Source: Ptychomitrium polyphyllum (lineage: Eukaryota). From it: 64,000 bases of DNA. The stretch is from contig OZ316775.1 of assembly GCA_973851085.1 (NCBI GenBank), positions 6,076,001 to 6,140,000 of the forward strand. The letters run 5' to 3'. Shown here piece after piece: positions 14,301-26,415 of the stretch. The first letter of the stretch is position 1; each line of letters opens with the position of its first letter. The position numbers and the translations under genes were made by a program. Under the pieces are notes generated by a model. The model worked only from the letters and a program-made list of their open reading frames with translations, was not told the origin of the DNA and ran no database searches.

Positions 14301-16391
14301 AAAATCCTTTCCTCATCTGCCAATGCTTTCGACGCTGTAGCTATGGCCAACTCTGACCCATTCCTAGATTTGACATAGCCGCCGAATTCATCTAGCGGAC
14401 CACGAGGCTGATTCTCCCCCTCAACACCTGGTATACCATTTTTCAGTTCGATGTATATGAACATTTTTCACCTCGAAGGCTAACAGAAACCGCCTTCTTA
14501 CCTTAACAACGTCTTCGTGATTATATAGACCACCTCAGTGTCTATTGCAGCGATAGTAATAATCAGATCATAAAACAACATGAATATGCTGATGAATGGT
14601 TGACGCACTCCTACTCACCTCGTCTCTCATTGCCACTTTTTGACGGCTTCAATGAATTACTTGCAGCCGACGAGCACAAGTATAGTACAATGTTATAATT
14701 ATACTGGTTGAAGAGTTTCTGTCCTTCCGCCTTAAAATTGTCATAAAGTTCTAGAGCCTTCTTGACATCCGCGTGCTTTGAGCACATATCAAGCTGTCTA
14801 CGAAGGTCCTGCTCAGGTGCATACTGATTGTTCTTGCCCCGGGGCTGCTTGCCTCTCTTCACTTCACCGGAAGCAGATCCCCCGTGATTGCTCCCATTCT
14901 GCACCGTACTCGCTTTACTATCATTGCGAACGTCTCCTCCCTGCACCCGCTCTTCGAGACACGCCAATTACAGTAAAGAACGTATCAATTGAAAGAGAAT
15001 CTGAAGACAGTATAAATCGGTGAATATCCTCAATACGTTGTGGGTTGAGATAAATAGATGAAAGGCTATACCAGATGGTTGTGCTTGACTGTTAGAACTG
15101 TAGGAACGGCGACCATTGCGCTCCGTCCCTTTGGAGGCATCGGATTTGGGCTTGAGTTTGCCAAGACTTCGTTTATCCCTGGCCTTCAAGGAACTACCTC
15201 CGGCTTCCACTTCCTTGCGGATTCTGGGACTTCTTTCCTTGTTGTCCTCTGCTCTGTTGTTGCTAACACCTCCTGATATCACACATGACTGTTCAATACC
15301 GCACCCATAGTACCAGCTTCCAGTTACGACCTAATTAGGAGCTCTTAAACCCTAAACCCTACAATTAGAAACTTGCAAGAGCGGTCATAGTAATATGTTA
15401 TATGGACTACCATTTTCTTCATCAAGAAACACAACGCAGGGTACTCTCCAATGCTGGAGAGACAGACCGGCACTATCACACAGGAACTCGCAGGTCGAAC
15501 TACAGACGGACCAAACCCAATCTCTCAGGACTCAACATATCAGAATTATTCATTAGCGCAGTACGACAAGGAACTCCTCAAACAAAACCTACAGTTAAAT
15601 TCATTTGAGGAGTATAGCTCAGCAAGTTGAGGTCAAGGTCTTTCAAAACTGAAATTTAGTAGTCGACAGAATCCTATCATTCTCTGAAGAAATCAACTCT
15701 AGGAGATCCAAGAAGGAATTCGCCATGTTATCATGTGAAGCAGGCACTTTCTTACTCCCCTACCTCATACTTTGCAGTTACGGTAACTGCGGAAGCTACT
15801 CCAACTATCATACGTACACACAATCCTCTCCCACATTTCTCTCCTCCGCCCAATTCTAAACCCATTCCAGCCTCATTGCAAAAACAAATTCACAGAGATT
15901 AGAACAACGATTGCTTAAACCCTTCCATCAAGTGAAGTCCGTGAGAGCCTTAGACGCTTACCATCTCCACTCGAAGGTGGCGACCGCCTGGCAGAGAAGC
16001 GCGTCTGCTCAGAATTATCAACGCTCCTAGCTGAAGAGCCTGAAGCAGAAACATCACCAGCTTTAGTCCAAGTGCTGCCCACCACACCGTGGTTACTCCT
16101 CGAGTTTCTAACGATAACGGAGCCGCTCCTGGCCGCGTGTAAGTTTCTCACAGCCCCGCGGCTGAAGCCCACACAAAACCCTGACTCACTGCGTCTGCGG
16201 AAAACTCCAACGTGACCAGAGCTGGGCAAGTAGCCCGGGGTCCACGACCGTCTACATAGCTCCACCACCCCGGTAGCTCCCCGAATGGAAGCGCATTTGC
16301 TGGCCCTGCTAGCTGTTAGGCATACGACGGAGGGGGGCAGGGGCGGCAGGAACAGCGAGTGCAGAAGGCGGTAGCTGGGTGCGGGGCCCAT
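11307..16391 (-). CDS. PRORP: Protein-only RNase P (PPR repeats + Zn site + NYN metallonuclease), with N-terminal organellar transit-peptide-like region and long C-terminal extension
   Basis: Exons read by hand: 16391-15921, ~15330-15072, 14951-14619, 14427-14136, 13825-13285, 13161-13057, 12889-12708, 12534-12414, 12263-12195, 11972-11307; splice phases are consistent. PRORP motifs: LDMCSK..DV..ALELYD, YNIVLYLCS, PNEATFTAVARLA, GGGWHGLGWLGKG, CQECG, DAIVDGANVG, TPTGSNDDWYWLYAA, VTNDEMRDH, MPPPYS..IQESE.GSWHVP. The N-terminus is Ser/Arg-rich and poor in acidic residues. Confidence 0.96.
15346..15361. promoter_or_regulatory. Tandem telo-box (AAACCCT x2) in PRORP intron 1
   Basis: taaaccctaaacccta is seen directly. 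Telo-boxes are known cis-elements of plant translation and RNA-processing genes; function here is not shown. Confidence 0.35.
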
Positions 16392-18261
16392 CTAAGCAAG
16401 CTCCATCCACCATAGCCAAAATCCTGGCTGCAAAACTACAACAACAGATGCAAAGACTTATGAACTCACACACGCATCCCACCGCGAAAACGTAGTTCCC
16501 AGAAACTAGAGCTAAGAGAGAACGCCGCGTTCTCGGTGGAAGATAAGGTTTTGCAACTGTTGCGAAGGTTTGGTGTTGCGTTTTGTGCTCTGCCCTGGTA
16601 TCGTACCGTCCTTTTGTGAACTCGCTTGGTTGGTGTTCTCTTAAACATGTCGGATTGCTTCTAGCATAGTCGAATTCATGCCTGTCCTAAGAATGGCTAC
16701 GTCCAATTTTGAGTTCAAAAGGTTGGTTTCCTATAGAGTCCCTGACAAGGTTAGTTTTGTGGTTGAGAATGACGTTGCTGCATGAAATTGTGTCGACTTT
16801 GGATGTGATCCTTGGATTGTGCACCTACTCGGCTTCTCTTCACCATGTTGCTTTGTGTGACACTGAGCGTGATGTCCGCATTTTTTTCCTTGGATTTACC
16901 TGTTATTGCAAGATTCCTGTCGTTTGAGAGTTTACAGAAGTAAGAGGAACATTTTAATGGGTTTGTAGAGATTTCCGTGATCATTTGACTGTTCGGAGGG
17001 GACATTCGTAATGTAGACCGAACCACAGGACTAATTTCCAAGCCAGATGATCACATAAATCAGAATGTTTGCTTAGAATATTCAGAGCTAAGAATGATGT
17101 GATGCCGTAATTGTGTACCTTGTTAGCATGTTTGCTGTATCTGCTTTCAGGGATTGGTAATGAAGAAGTGGACGGCTAGATGTGCTGTTGGAATTAATGT
17201 TGGTGCAATCTTGCGGAGAGTAAAAGGCGTTTTGATCTGAAGTAGGATTTATTCAAGCCCAGCGGCCTCCTCTCGAATTTATGTACGTTGAGCCTCATTT
17301 TCTGAATGAAACTATTTCAGTCAATTGGCTTGGAAGTGATCAAGTCATTCTTTTTTATGTGAAACTGCAGTATATAACAGACCCTGCTTGAACGAGCAGG
17401 AATATTGTGCACATTTTGACTCCAGTTTACATTACCTGTTTTCCAACATGGCACGCAGATTTCTCAGGGTCGGTGCATGAATGAGCTGATACCAATGACG
17501 AGTGAAAGTGCGCAAGTGGAATGCGATACCTGCGGTGAAGGTATAGCGTCATCACCGTTTACCAAGGCAGCGGATTATACGAAGCAGACAATGTTCAGGC
17601 GAATTGTTCTAGAGAGGCTCTCACAATTTTGCTGAATATCCCATTCAGGTTTGAAGCAACCCCATATTGTCTTTCCTGATGTCCAATGCATTACGAATGA
17701 AGCACTCAACACGGTAGTATTAGGTTTTCGATTTCGGATTCCCATATGCAGCTGTCTGGAACTAGGTACCATCATCATCTTATTATGATCATACATGAAG
17801 TCCGGTTAGAACATGTGTGGGTTTTGGCACTTTAGCCTATTGTTGAGTAACGAGCTACTCGGGTAACTCGAAGAGCTCTTTAAAATCGACTGGGGTTTCA
17901 GCGTATGCACATTTGTGTTCAAATGAATGCTGAGTTTAAATACACGTCTAATTTATCATGGCACCAACCACTGGCAAGTAAATAGGCTATCGAATGGCAG
18001 GTGCCAGGTAGTAGTTCGGATAAGGACGCTACATGGTGCCCTGACAATCTTGGGTATCAAGTAGGTCAAACTTCGGGGTTGGGGTTGGATTGGGGTTGGG
18101 TTGGGGTTGTCGACCATTTGACGTCTCATGTGTCCGCTATCTTTTATCGTAGATATGGTACTGTTCAAAACTTTCTGCTACTAGGTTTTCAGTATAGTCA
18201 AGGTTTCCGTTCAAATTTATAACAAAATAAAGTCAAATTGCTATGAAGCATGAACTCTCGC

Positions 18262-18363
18262 TTTTCACACGTTAGGTTGAACTAGATTTAGTAAACTTAC
18301 TGAACATAGGAGTATTATGTTCAGCAAGTTTACTGAATCACATTTCAACATGAAGTGTGGAAA
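18262..18363. ncRNA. Candidate miRNA-like hairpin or foldback element
   Basis: Core arms 18285-18308 and 18316-18339 pair at 22 of 24 positions around a 7-nt loop. Outer partial arms (tttcacac..gttgaa / ttcaac..gtgtggaaa) extend the stem to about 100 nt. Confidence 0.4.
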
Positions 18364-18747
18364 CCTCTATTGTGCATGCAGGCAGAATGGAATGCTGAGA
18401 ATGCTTAGAAACTGTCATGGCAACGTGATAGAAAACACGAAGCAAGTATTACTACGAGCGACGAGGAGTGCGTTTAATTGCTATGTTGCCTGAACTATCC
18501 ACTATTAGTGCTGACTTCTGAGGCATGTCCCACTCTCGGTGACGAATCATGATGCGCTCACTTAGGCCACTGTTTCTGCGTGCAGGTTGCGTAGTGCACA
18601 AGAGCCTACCCGACAACTGGTTTCTGGACCTTATCAACGTCCTGGCTGTCGCATTTTTGGTTCTCCGTTCTGGTTGCCAGGCTCTTCCGCATTTGCTTGT
18701 TTCCTGACTCGTACACTAGGTGCGGATCACTTGCATTGAAGGGAGGG

Positions 18748-20658
18748 ATGAATTGGGTGACAGTTTGGCTTCTCCAGTTTGTGTTGCATTCTCCCGGCAA
18801 CTTTCAAGCTGCTGTTAGTCAGAACACCAATTTTACGTACATCGGCCTTCGAAAGTCTTGATAATCTTATTCTTCCCTCCAGCGCTATATTCCTAAACGG
18901 TGTAGGTACAGCCACTCAAACTCCCACATTTAGGCAGTTGACGTTCGAGGAGCATGTGTATTTTTGTTTTACACTAATACACTCATTGCGATGGCAATGT
19001 TCAGCGCTGCCTTCACTTTTTCGATTTAGCCGGTGGAGGTTCAGCCGAGGTGGGATGGCTGCAGGGGCTCCGGTGGAGATGGACTCGCATTCTTGTTCAG
19101 CGTCGACAATATCACACAAGGAGATGCCGGTAGAAGTTCGTATACTCTTCGCAGTGAAGACGATGGGAAGAGCACAGATTATATGTTTCCAGTTATATTT
19201 GACACCTTTAGGAATAAAATTCTTCCACTTGACGATCCTAGTAATAATGACGTTGGTGTTAACGTCAACGTTGGTACGATCGTTGCAGACCTACAATTTA
19301 TGCAGCAACTTGTCTAGTATTCATTGCACCTATCTTGCGACTGGTAAAAACATTTCTGCGTGGATAGGACTTCTATAGCGGGAAACCGCACCCTGGAAGT
19401 ACACCTAACGAATAGATCGATCAGGGAAGACAATGCAACGAGGGTATTGAATTTTCTAATAGCTCTGCACCTTCCGGATATGGACATGGTTTTCTTAAAA
19501 CACATGTAATGTTGGACTTGTTGGTTCTGTTTATCTGTGCAGTACGGTAACTAAATTGAAGTCATGGACGATCTCAAGCAGGGAGATGCCAAAGCAATCA
19601 CCTGCTCCAAGCATTCCAATTATGTTAAATATTTGTACTAAATCAAGAAAGAACTCAGTTGTAATTGTCGTCTCTGTGGTATACGCTGGATCTGCTGCAT
19701 TTTTACTCACCACAATCTCTCTGGTTTGGTGCGTCTTGCATAAGCAGCCAAGAAAACGGCAAAGTCATGAACCGTTTAAGCAAGCCTTACTCTTACAAAG
19801 AGCTCGTCACCACCACAGATGGTTTCAACGATACGCTTATCCTCGGCAGTAAAGGGTTTGGTAAGGTATACAAGAGGACCTTGTTTGACTCCCATGATAT
19901 TACCTGAAGCGGATGAAGCACGAGTCCGCTCAAGGTGCAAGCGAGTTTGCTGCAGATATTTCAGTCATCATCCAAATTTGTCACCGTAACTCGATGCTGG
20001 TTCTCGGGTGATGCCGAGGACAACCAGCTGCTGATTAAGTACGAGTACATGTCCAATGGCTCTTCTCCCAAAAGGCTACCACACTCACATGGGAAATGTG
20101 GTAGAACATCCTGCAGGATTTGGCAGAAGCATTAGCATACCTGCACAAAGAATGGGCACAGTGCATTCGTGCACAGAGACATGAAGGTCAACAACATGTT
20201 GTTGGACTCTTATTCACCGCGCGCCTTGCAGATTTTGGGCTACCATGGTTAATTGGCCACGACTTTACGCCTGAAACCACAGCCCTGAGCGCCACGCTTG
20301 GCTACCTCGCACCCGAGCTCCCGCACACAACGAAGGCGACAAAGCAGTTGGATATTTACAAATCTGGAATGCTTGTGCTTGAGGTAGCTTGCGGACGACC
20401 CGTCTATGCTGTGCCCGCAGTGCTGCTGAGGAGTCGTTCATCCAGGATTTCATGTGGGACGCTCACGAGCGCGGAAATCTAGTGTCTGTTTCCGACGACA
20501 GCCTGCTCAAGGACTACAACGCTTTCGAGATTAAGCTGGTGCCGTCACTGGGGCTGTTGTACGGCCATCCGGAGCCCGATGCGAGGCTGAGCATGCGTCA
20601 TCAGCGAACCGTTGCCTATACCCCTCCCTCTGACACAACCTCGGGAGTCCCATCATGA
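18748..20658 (+). pseudogene. L-type (legume) lectin receptor-like kinase pseudogene, apparently intronless, with multiple frameshifts and stops
   Basis: Fragments lie in order but in changing frames: signal-like MNWVTVWLLQFVL..QNTNFTY; lectin GGDGLAF, VIFDTFRN, DDPSNNDVGVNVN; TM VVIVVSVVYAGSAAFLLTTISLVWCVL; kinase YSYKEL..GF...ILGSKGFGKVYK, YEYMSNGS, AEALAYLHKEWAQC, HRDMK (shifted frame), ARLADFGL, TLGYLAPE, GLL..HPEPDAR.SMR. Confidence 0.9.
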
Positions 20659-21125
20659 ACTTAGCTAAAAACCTCTTTCCAGAGAAACCGCCATCTCAGA
20701 TGTGTGACAAGTACAAACTCAGTCGACAAAGTACTTCCACCAACGCCTGAGTTAGAATACAAGCCGCAGCTTTAACTACAAGATGGAATTCATATGCGCC
20801 GTGTCCATATGGAATTTGTTACGGTCTTGGACACAGCGTATACGACATACAATCCACATACGCCTCTTTTGTTGAGCCCATCCTGATCTGCAGTTTTGCG
20901 GAGAATGACAAGCCCTTGTTAAGACCTCCAGAACCACATTCAGATGACTTGATCCAATTCCTAGGAAGATGATAACGAAGGCTAGAACCTTGGGTAATAA
21001 GACGGTGATCCAATTGCTACATACTTGGTAAAGAGATCACCCTTTAAGTTACAATCTTCGACTAGTACTTCAATCTCGTCTTCAAGCTTTGAGTGCTCAT
21101 GCTTCGAATGGACTTCATCACTTCA

Positions 21126-21155
21126 GAATGTTCCTGTGGCGAATGTTCCTGTGGC
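21126..21155. repeat. 15-bp perfect tandem duplication
   Basis: gaatgttcctgtggc x2. Confidence 0.8.
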
Positions 21156-21845
21156 GAAGAAGGTGACAAGCTTCTTGTTGCAGCTTTTTAAAGGTGGAAG
21201 TCTCCTGCAGCACTTGAAGGAAGACAGAGTACACGACATAAGTAGCTTCAATTCGTACAAGCGTCCATGTCTGAAATTGGAGTGAGTGATGACGTGGCCT
21301 TGTAGAACACACAAAAGTGACGGTATTAATGAGATTGTGCAACTGGATTTTGATCACCAGGTTGTCTATTCCACAAACAATTCCTGAAATAAAGTTGAAT
21401 TGTGATCGACAAATCCCAGTTTTCAAACCGGCAATCTACAAAACTTGCATGATGAGGTTAGACTGTTTCGTGACCCACGATCAACAAAAGGAAGAAATGA
21501 AAACATAAAAATTATAATACAACTACTCCACCAAGAAGAGTTCCAGATAGCGTATTTGAGAGCTGCCATGAATATTTTAAGCTCACAAAATCTCACATTA
21601 AAAGACTGCAAATCATTTAATCGCAGCTGGCACATATCATGAGTTATAGTGTCAGGTAGAAAGAAAGAACAATTCTATAAATTATAATGTACAGCAAGAG
21701 AATCCGGAACTTATGAAGACTAAAACGTTAGAAGAGTCAAAAGTACTGAAGGTTTGAGCAACTTAACTACACTTAAACCTGTTTGTGACCACACAAAAGG
21801 CATAATTATGTTCAGTTCAGCATTTGGCTTTTACACTCTTAGCCA

Positions 21846-23986
21846 TCAAAAATCGAAGTTTGGTGTTCTACTCGTCCTCTTCGCCATCAAGACTCGTCGT
21901 TTCCTCCCAACCCAGGTACTTATCCACAAGGGATCAAGAGCAATGACTCTGTAGCCTCCTCTATCGTACAAGGTACGTGCAGCCGTATCATCTTCGTAGG
22001 CATGCAAAACGAGATAGTCAAATCCCCACTTCATGGCTAGCAGTTCGCAGCCTCTCAGAAGCATAGTTGCTATATTTCTTCTTCTGCATACGCATTCATG
22101 ATGACAGTCGGATGTCAAAATGGTGACCAATTACACGTGACTGAACTGAGCAAAGCACAATAAAACAAAACAAAATGACAAAAATTAATCTTGCTATTTA
22201 AAAGCAAGAATTTGACTAATTACTCCAGCATGCCGCCATACTTATCAAAAGCGAAAGTTTTCAATAGTTACTCCAGCGTTTCAAATGACCAGAGAGTACG
22301 ATAACAAATGCATAACAAAAAAATCCGATAGATCTTGAGATTAGTACAGTAATTTGCGCAAGCTGCTGATTATTTTAAAACAATTGTAAAAGTATTCGCA
22401 AAGACCGTCGAACTTGTCTAGGCATTTCTACGAAGGGTCTGTAAATTGATTCATGTCTGAACATGCACTCTGATCGACAGTTCAGTGAAATGAAAACCTA
22501 CGATAAATATCAGAAAGTTTCATCGAGCTCTTGATGAATGATCAAACAGCTGATAAATTACAAGTAATGGAAGATCTGCTCAGAACCCACCTATAGTTAA
22601 TATCCACAGCCATGCCGCTCACATACAAGTACTCAGTGGCGCTGTGCAGATGACGTAACACTTCATTATCGACCGAAGCTGCCAAGTTAACCGCCCCTAC
22701 AATCATCGGAGGGTACTCACTGCCTGATTCTCCTTCGTCCACTGAAGTCACTGGTTCCGCCAATAAGCATGCATACCTGCACTGTTACAAGACAAAATTG
22801 TCACGACATCTTCACATGAAGCTCAACAATTCGTTCAACAAAGCAGTAATAGGCTCAACTTCGCTACAATTTCCTTCCTGCCTGATGATTTCGTGGAGTT
22901 TTAGAGCCCAACACCACTAAAACCTCATAGCAATGCAATGCACTTTCAGCCGCTCTGCTCTCATTATAGATCAAAATAAAATCAGTAGAAGACGGGATAA
23001 GTGATTGAACCTGTCAGCAGGTGAATGCCGAGCTTTATAGATGAGAGCGCTCAGCACTTCTGCCTGTTCAGGAAATTGCCACAAAAAAGTTCCCCGTTGT
23101 GATCCACAAGTAGATTCAAATTGTAATCTAAAGCTTGAGCTAATCAGGCCAAAACAACCTCTCTATAACAAGTAAGACCTAAATTCACAGGACGTTACTT
23201 CAGGGCTAAAGAATTCAGAACATAGTCTAAATGCAACAGAATCACGAATTTGTACAAATGCTCACGAGGCTTTTAATAATTAAGAATTTGACCGTTATGA
23301 ATTTAGGAAGAGAGTAATATTAAAAGTTTTAAGCGGCCAGCTGCTGCTGTAAACATTCCAAATCCTCCTTGATTCTTAAATTCCAGACAACTCACAAAAA
23401 CTCAAAAGAAATCACAAAACCTCACCTTGAAGAGCTTGAAGAAAAGGTCATCAAAAACGGCTGCCTGAAGATGGAAGGAGCACGCTTGGACGTGAGCCAC
23501 AGCTCTAAGCTCCTCTGTATCAAACCTGCTTGCTTCCCGAACCTTCCAGCCATACCCTAGCGATATCACATCATCTTTAACCTCAGATTCTTGAATGAAG
23601 TCCGTCTTCAAAATTGACTCTTCTAGAGCAGCCTCTCGCACATCACGCACGTCTCGCAGTGTCAAATCACCAGGAACCTGCGCCCTGGGACTCACGGAAA
23701 AGCTTATCCCTGACCTAGTCGACAAATCTTTGTTATGATACACATTTTTTTTCAGGGTCCCACAAGAACGGCGTATCTTGTAGTGAAGTTTCGTATTTCT
23801 CCTGTACCTTACGGATTCGGCCTGCAAATAATTTAAGTGCACAGGCTCACAAACCCTAAACCTGACATCCAGCGTTTTCTTCTTAGCCCTGCATGTAGTA
23901 GCACTACTACTTCTACGGCAGTGGTAGGGTGCGCTATGTGCGTCAATCCAACCCACTCCCACACCCACTTGACCCACCGAATACAT
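21846..23986 (-). CDS. GCN5-related N-acetyltransferase (GNAT), plastid-type
   Basis: Four exons 23986-23426, 23063-23011, 22776-22591 and 22083-21846 with matching phases. Motifs EYLYVSGMAVD.NYRRRNIATMLL (acetyl-CoA binding), LHAYEDD.AAR.LY..GGY and WVGRKRRVLMAKR. From memory it resembles the Arabidopsis plastid GNAT10-type protein; orthology is not verified. Confidence 0.92.
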
Positions 23987-26214
23987 TGCAAGTGCTTGAG
24001 CCTCCAGTCGGCAAATTCCTCCCCACCCCTCTCACACCTCTCCAACAAGAAAAACATCAACTCAGCAAGCATCCGCTCCGTCTCCTCCTACTCCAATACC
24101 CGTGAAGATCTCACCACAAGTGCCCATCAAAAATTTACAACTCACGTCAGTCAAAAAAACCATCTCAGTCCCACACATTGCTCCTTCCCACACACAACCT
24201 CCCCACCGCTCACCAAAACCCACTACAACTCTGAAATGCCATATCCAAGCCAGCCTATGCCAAAAACTTCCTCCCTCAAAACTCCAAAACCACGAACAAT
24301 CGGTAGTACAACACCACCACACACTGAGCTACATTCTCTGAGACAGGAAACCAATACTCCAACACTCGGAAACGGCTCCGAAACTCAGCCCCTTTAAGCT
24401 TGCAAAGTCAAGAAATCTGCTCTTAGATGATGCCAAGGAGATGATGTCAAGACACGCATATGCAATCTAGCTGTTCACTTCAGTACGGCAGATTTTCATC
24501 CGCAAATGATGTGAAATGATCCAAGGTGTGGTCTTTGACTGAAACGAGATGATCCAGAGCTGAGTAAGTCCCAAGATGTGATCTTTGCAGCAAAGACGAC
24601 AGTTTTGCGAGTGCTGTACAGGAAGTGGGTGGGATAAAAGCCGCAGCGGCACGCAAGGGGTGGCTGACAACGACGAGCGATCGGCAACTTTGGCCTGATC
24701 AGGGACCACCTGTGTGAAACCAAGCAGCCCACGAGTGCACATGAGCATGCACTCGCCCAGCGGAAGTGCGCAGCGACAGCGCAGTCGAAGATTGCCGGCC
24801 ATGCCCCGGCGATCTGCGATGGCCATCACCCCTTCCATGCACATGAAGATGGCTATGGTCATGAGCATGGGAATATGGATGGGGATGACCATGCCACGCC
24901 AGCAATGTGGTGCCGTTGCAGGCCGGCGTTGTATCCGGGTGTTGAGCGTGGCCGTGTATCCGGATGGCGGGGTATTGGGGGTGGGGGGCGACTTTTTCGA
25001 GTGGATAAGGTTGCGTGCTATTGCAGTGATGCGGAGGTATAGTTCCCCGTTTTATAGGCGGAGTAATCCATGTCTGACATCTGGCAGGGCCTCAGCATGC
25101 TGTAATCCCAGCATGAGTCATAGCGTAGTCCACATGTGCGTGAATCCATGACAGCTTTCGTTCCCAGTATTGAGAGTCTCCAAATTGCACCAACTAGTAT
25201 TCCATAGTCAAATTTGAGCATCTTGTAGTTCAAAAGATAGACTAAGTGCAAGAAACTGAGTTTCTATTTGTATTTTAATTACATTCAGAACTTATATTAA
25301 CTCAGCTCTTGTAATTCATATTAAATTAAAACTTTAAATTGAAATACAAAATTTGCAAGTTTATTTAATAAACAATGTGCCAATCCTTATTAGAACCATA
25401 TACTACAAATTTCATGTTTTTTGTATACATGTGATTTTTGTAAAGATTTTCAATCATATCAAAAATATGTTGCAATACTATTTATATTACAAAGGCTCCG
25501 TATAGAAGTTGCAAACAAAAAACCAGTTTTACAGTGAAATTTTTATAATTTGAATATGGGAACTCTTATAATGTGAAATATTTTCTTTAACATAAAAATA
25601 ATGATAATAAATTTTTTTTGTTTTTTCATTTTTATTTTTTGTTCATTTGAAGAAAATTTAACCCCATTGGAGCTTGTGAAAGCACTTCAAACCAATGATT
25701 TTATGCCTTTATTTGTAGGTGGGTATAATTTTTTTGAATGTATTTTAAATATTTGGATATATTCTTCTATCTTTAATATAATTGTTAAATATTTTTCTCC
25801 TATGCAATTTATTATAGTCACATAGCAAGTTTGTCATTGATCAATCTAATAATAAATTACAATTGTTTTGGTAATCATTTTTAGAAAGTCATGTTTGACA
25901 GTCTTTCGTGAAGGCCATATAAAACATACAAACAAAACTTTGTATTTTTTGCCTTCATGTCATGTAATGTGGCGTAATGTCCTAGTCAAATCTGGTATTA
26001 TTTTGTTGCATGATCTTGACTCTTTATAAAATAAGTGAGGCCCATTTCATAATGCACACATGTGCCAAAGGATTAGTAAGTTTCTCTTACATGTTTATAT
26101 ATTCCTCATTGCAAAAGGACAACCAAATGTAATAAAATGGTTAATACTTTGAGTTGGATTTTGAATAGCCCAAAACAAGAATATTTTAGGTGAATGACAT
26201 TTTATAGGAGATGA

Positions 26215-26415
26215 TGGAAAGATATTAAAATAATTAAGATGAGAAAATCCTTTCATGTAGACAAGAGTTTGGGTTGCCCTATAAAGAGCACTCCCAAAAT
26301 GATCAACAGAAGAAGACTTTTCATGATAATTGTCACCATGGAGGTGGTCAACTCATTTTATCATCCATCTTCAAGTTGCTTGTCGTTGCTTGTCCTAGGA
26401 GACGGATGGTGTAAG
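26215..26415 (+). repeat. Dispersed repeat, copy 1 (homologous to ~45768-45960)
   Basis: Shared colinear blocks: ggaaagatattaaaataattaagatg vs ggaaagatacttaaatatttaagatg, and ataattgtcaccatggaggtggtcaactcatt..atccatctt vs ataattgttgccacttaggtggcccactcatt..atccatctt; both end in ggtgtaa. Confidence 0.7.

Noticed and set aside
15607..15684. tRNA-like start (GGAGTATAGCTCAG..., CTTTCAA loop-like stretch) inside an intron of the RNase P gene
   Set aside because: No GTTCRA T-loop, incomplete acceptor and anticodon stems, and it is antisense to the PRORP transcript; most likely chance.
23837..24397. 186-aa Ser/Thr/Pro/His-rich plus-strand ORF
   Set aside because: Antisense to the GNAT 5' end and leader; composition explained by C/A strand skew.
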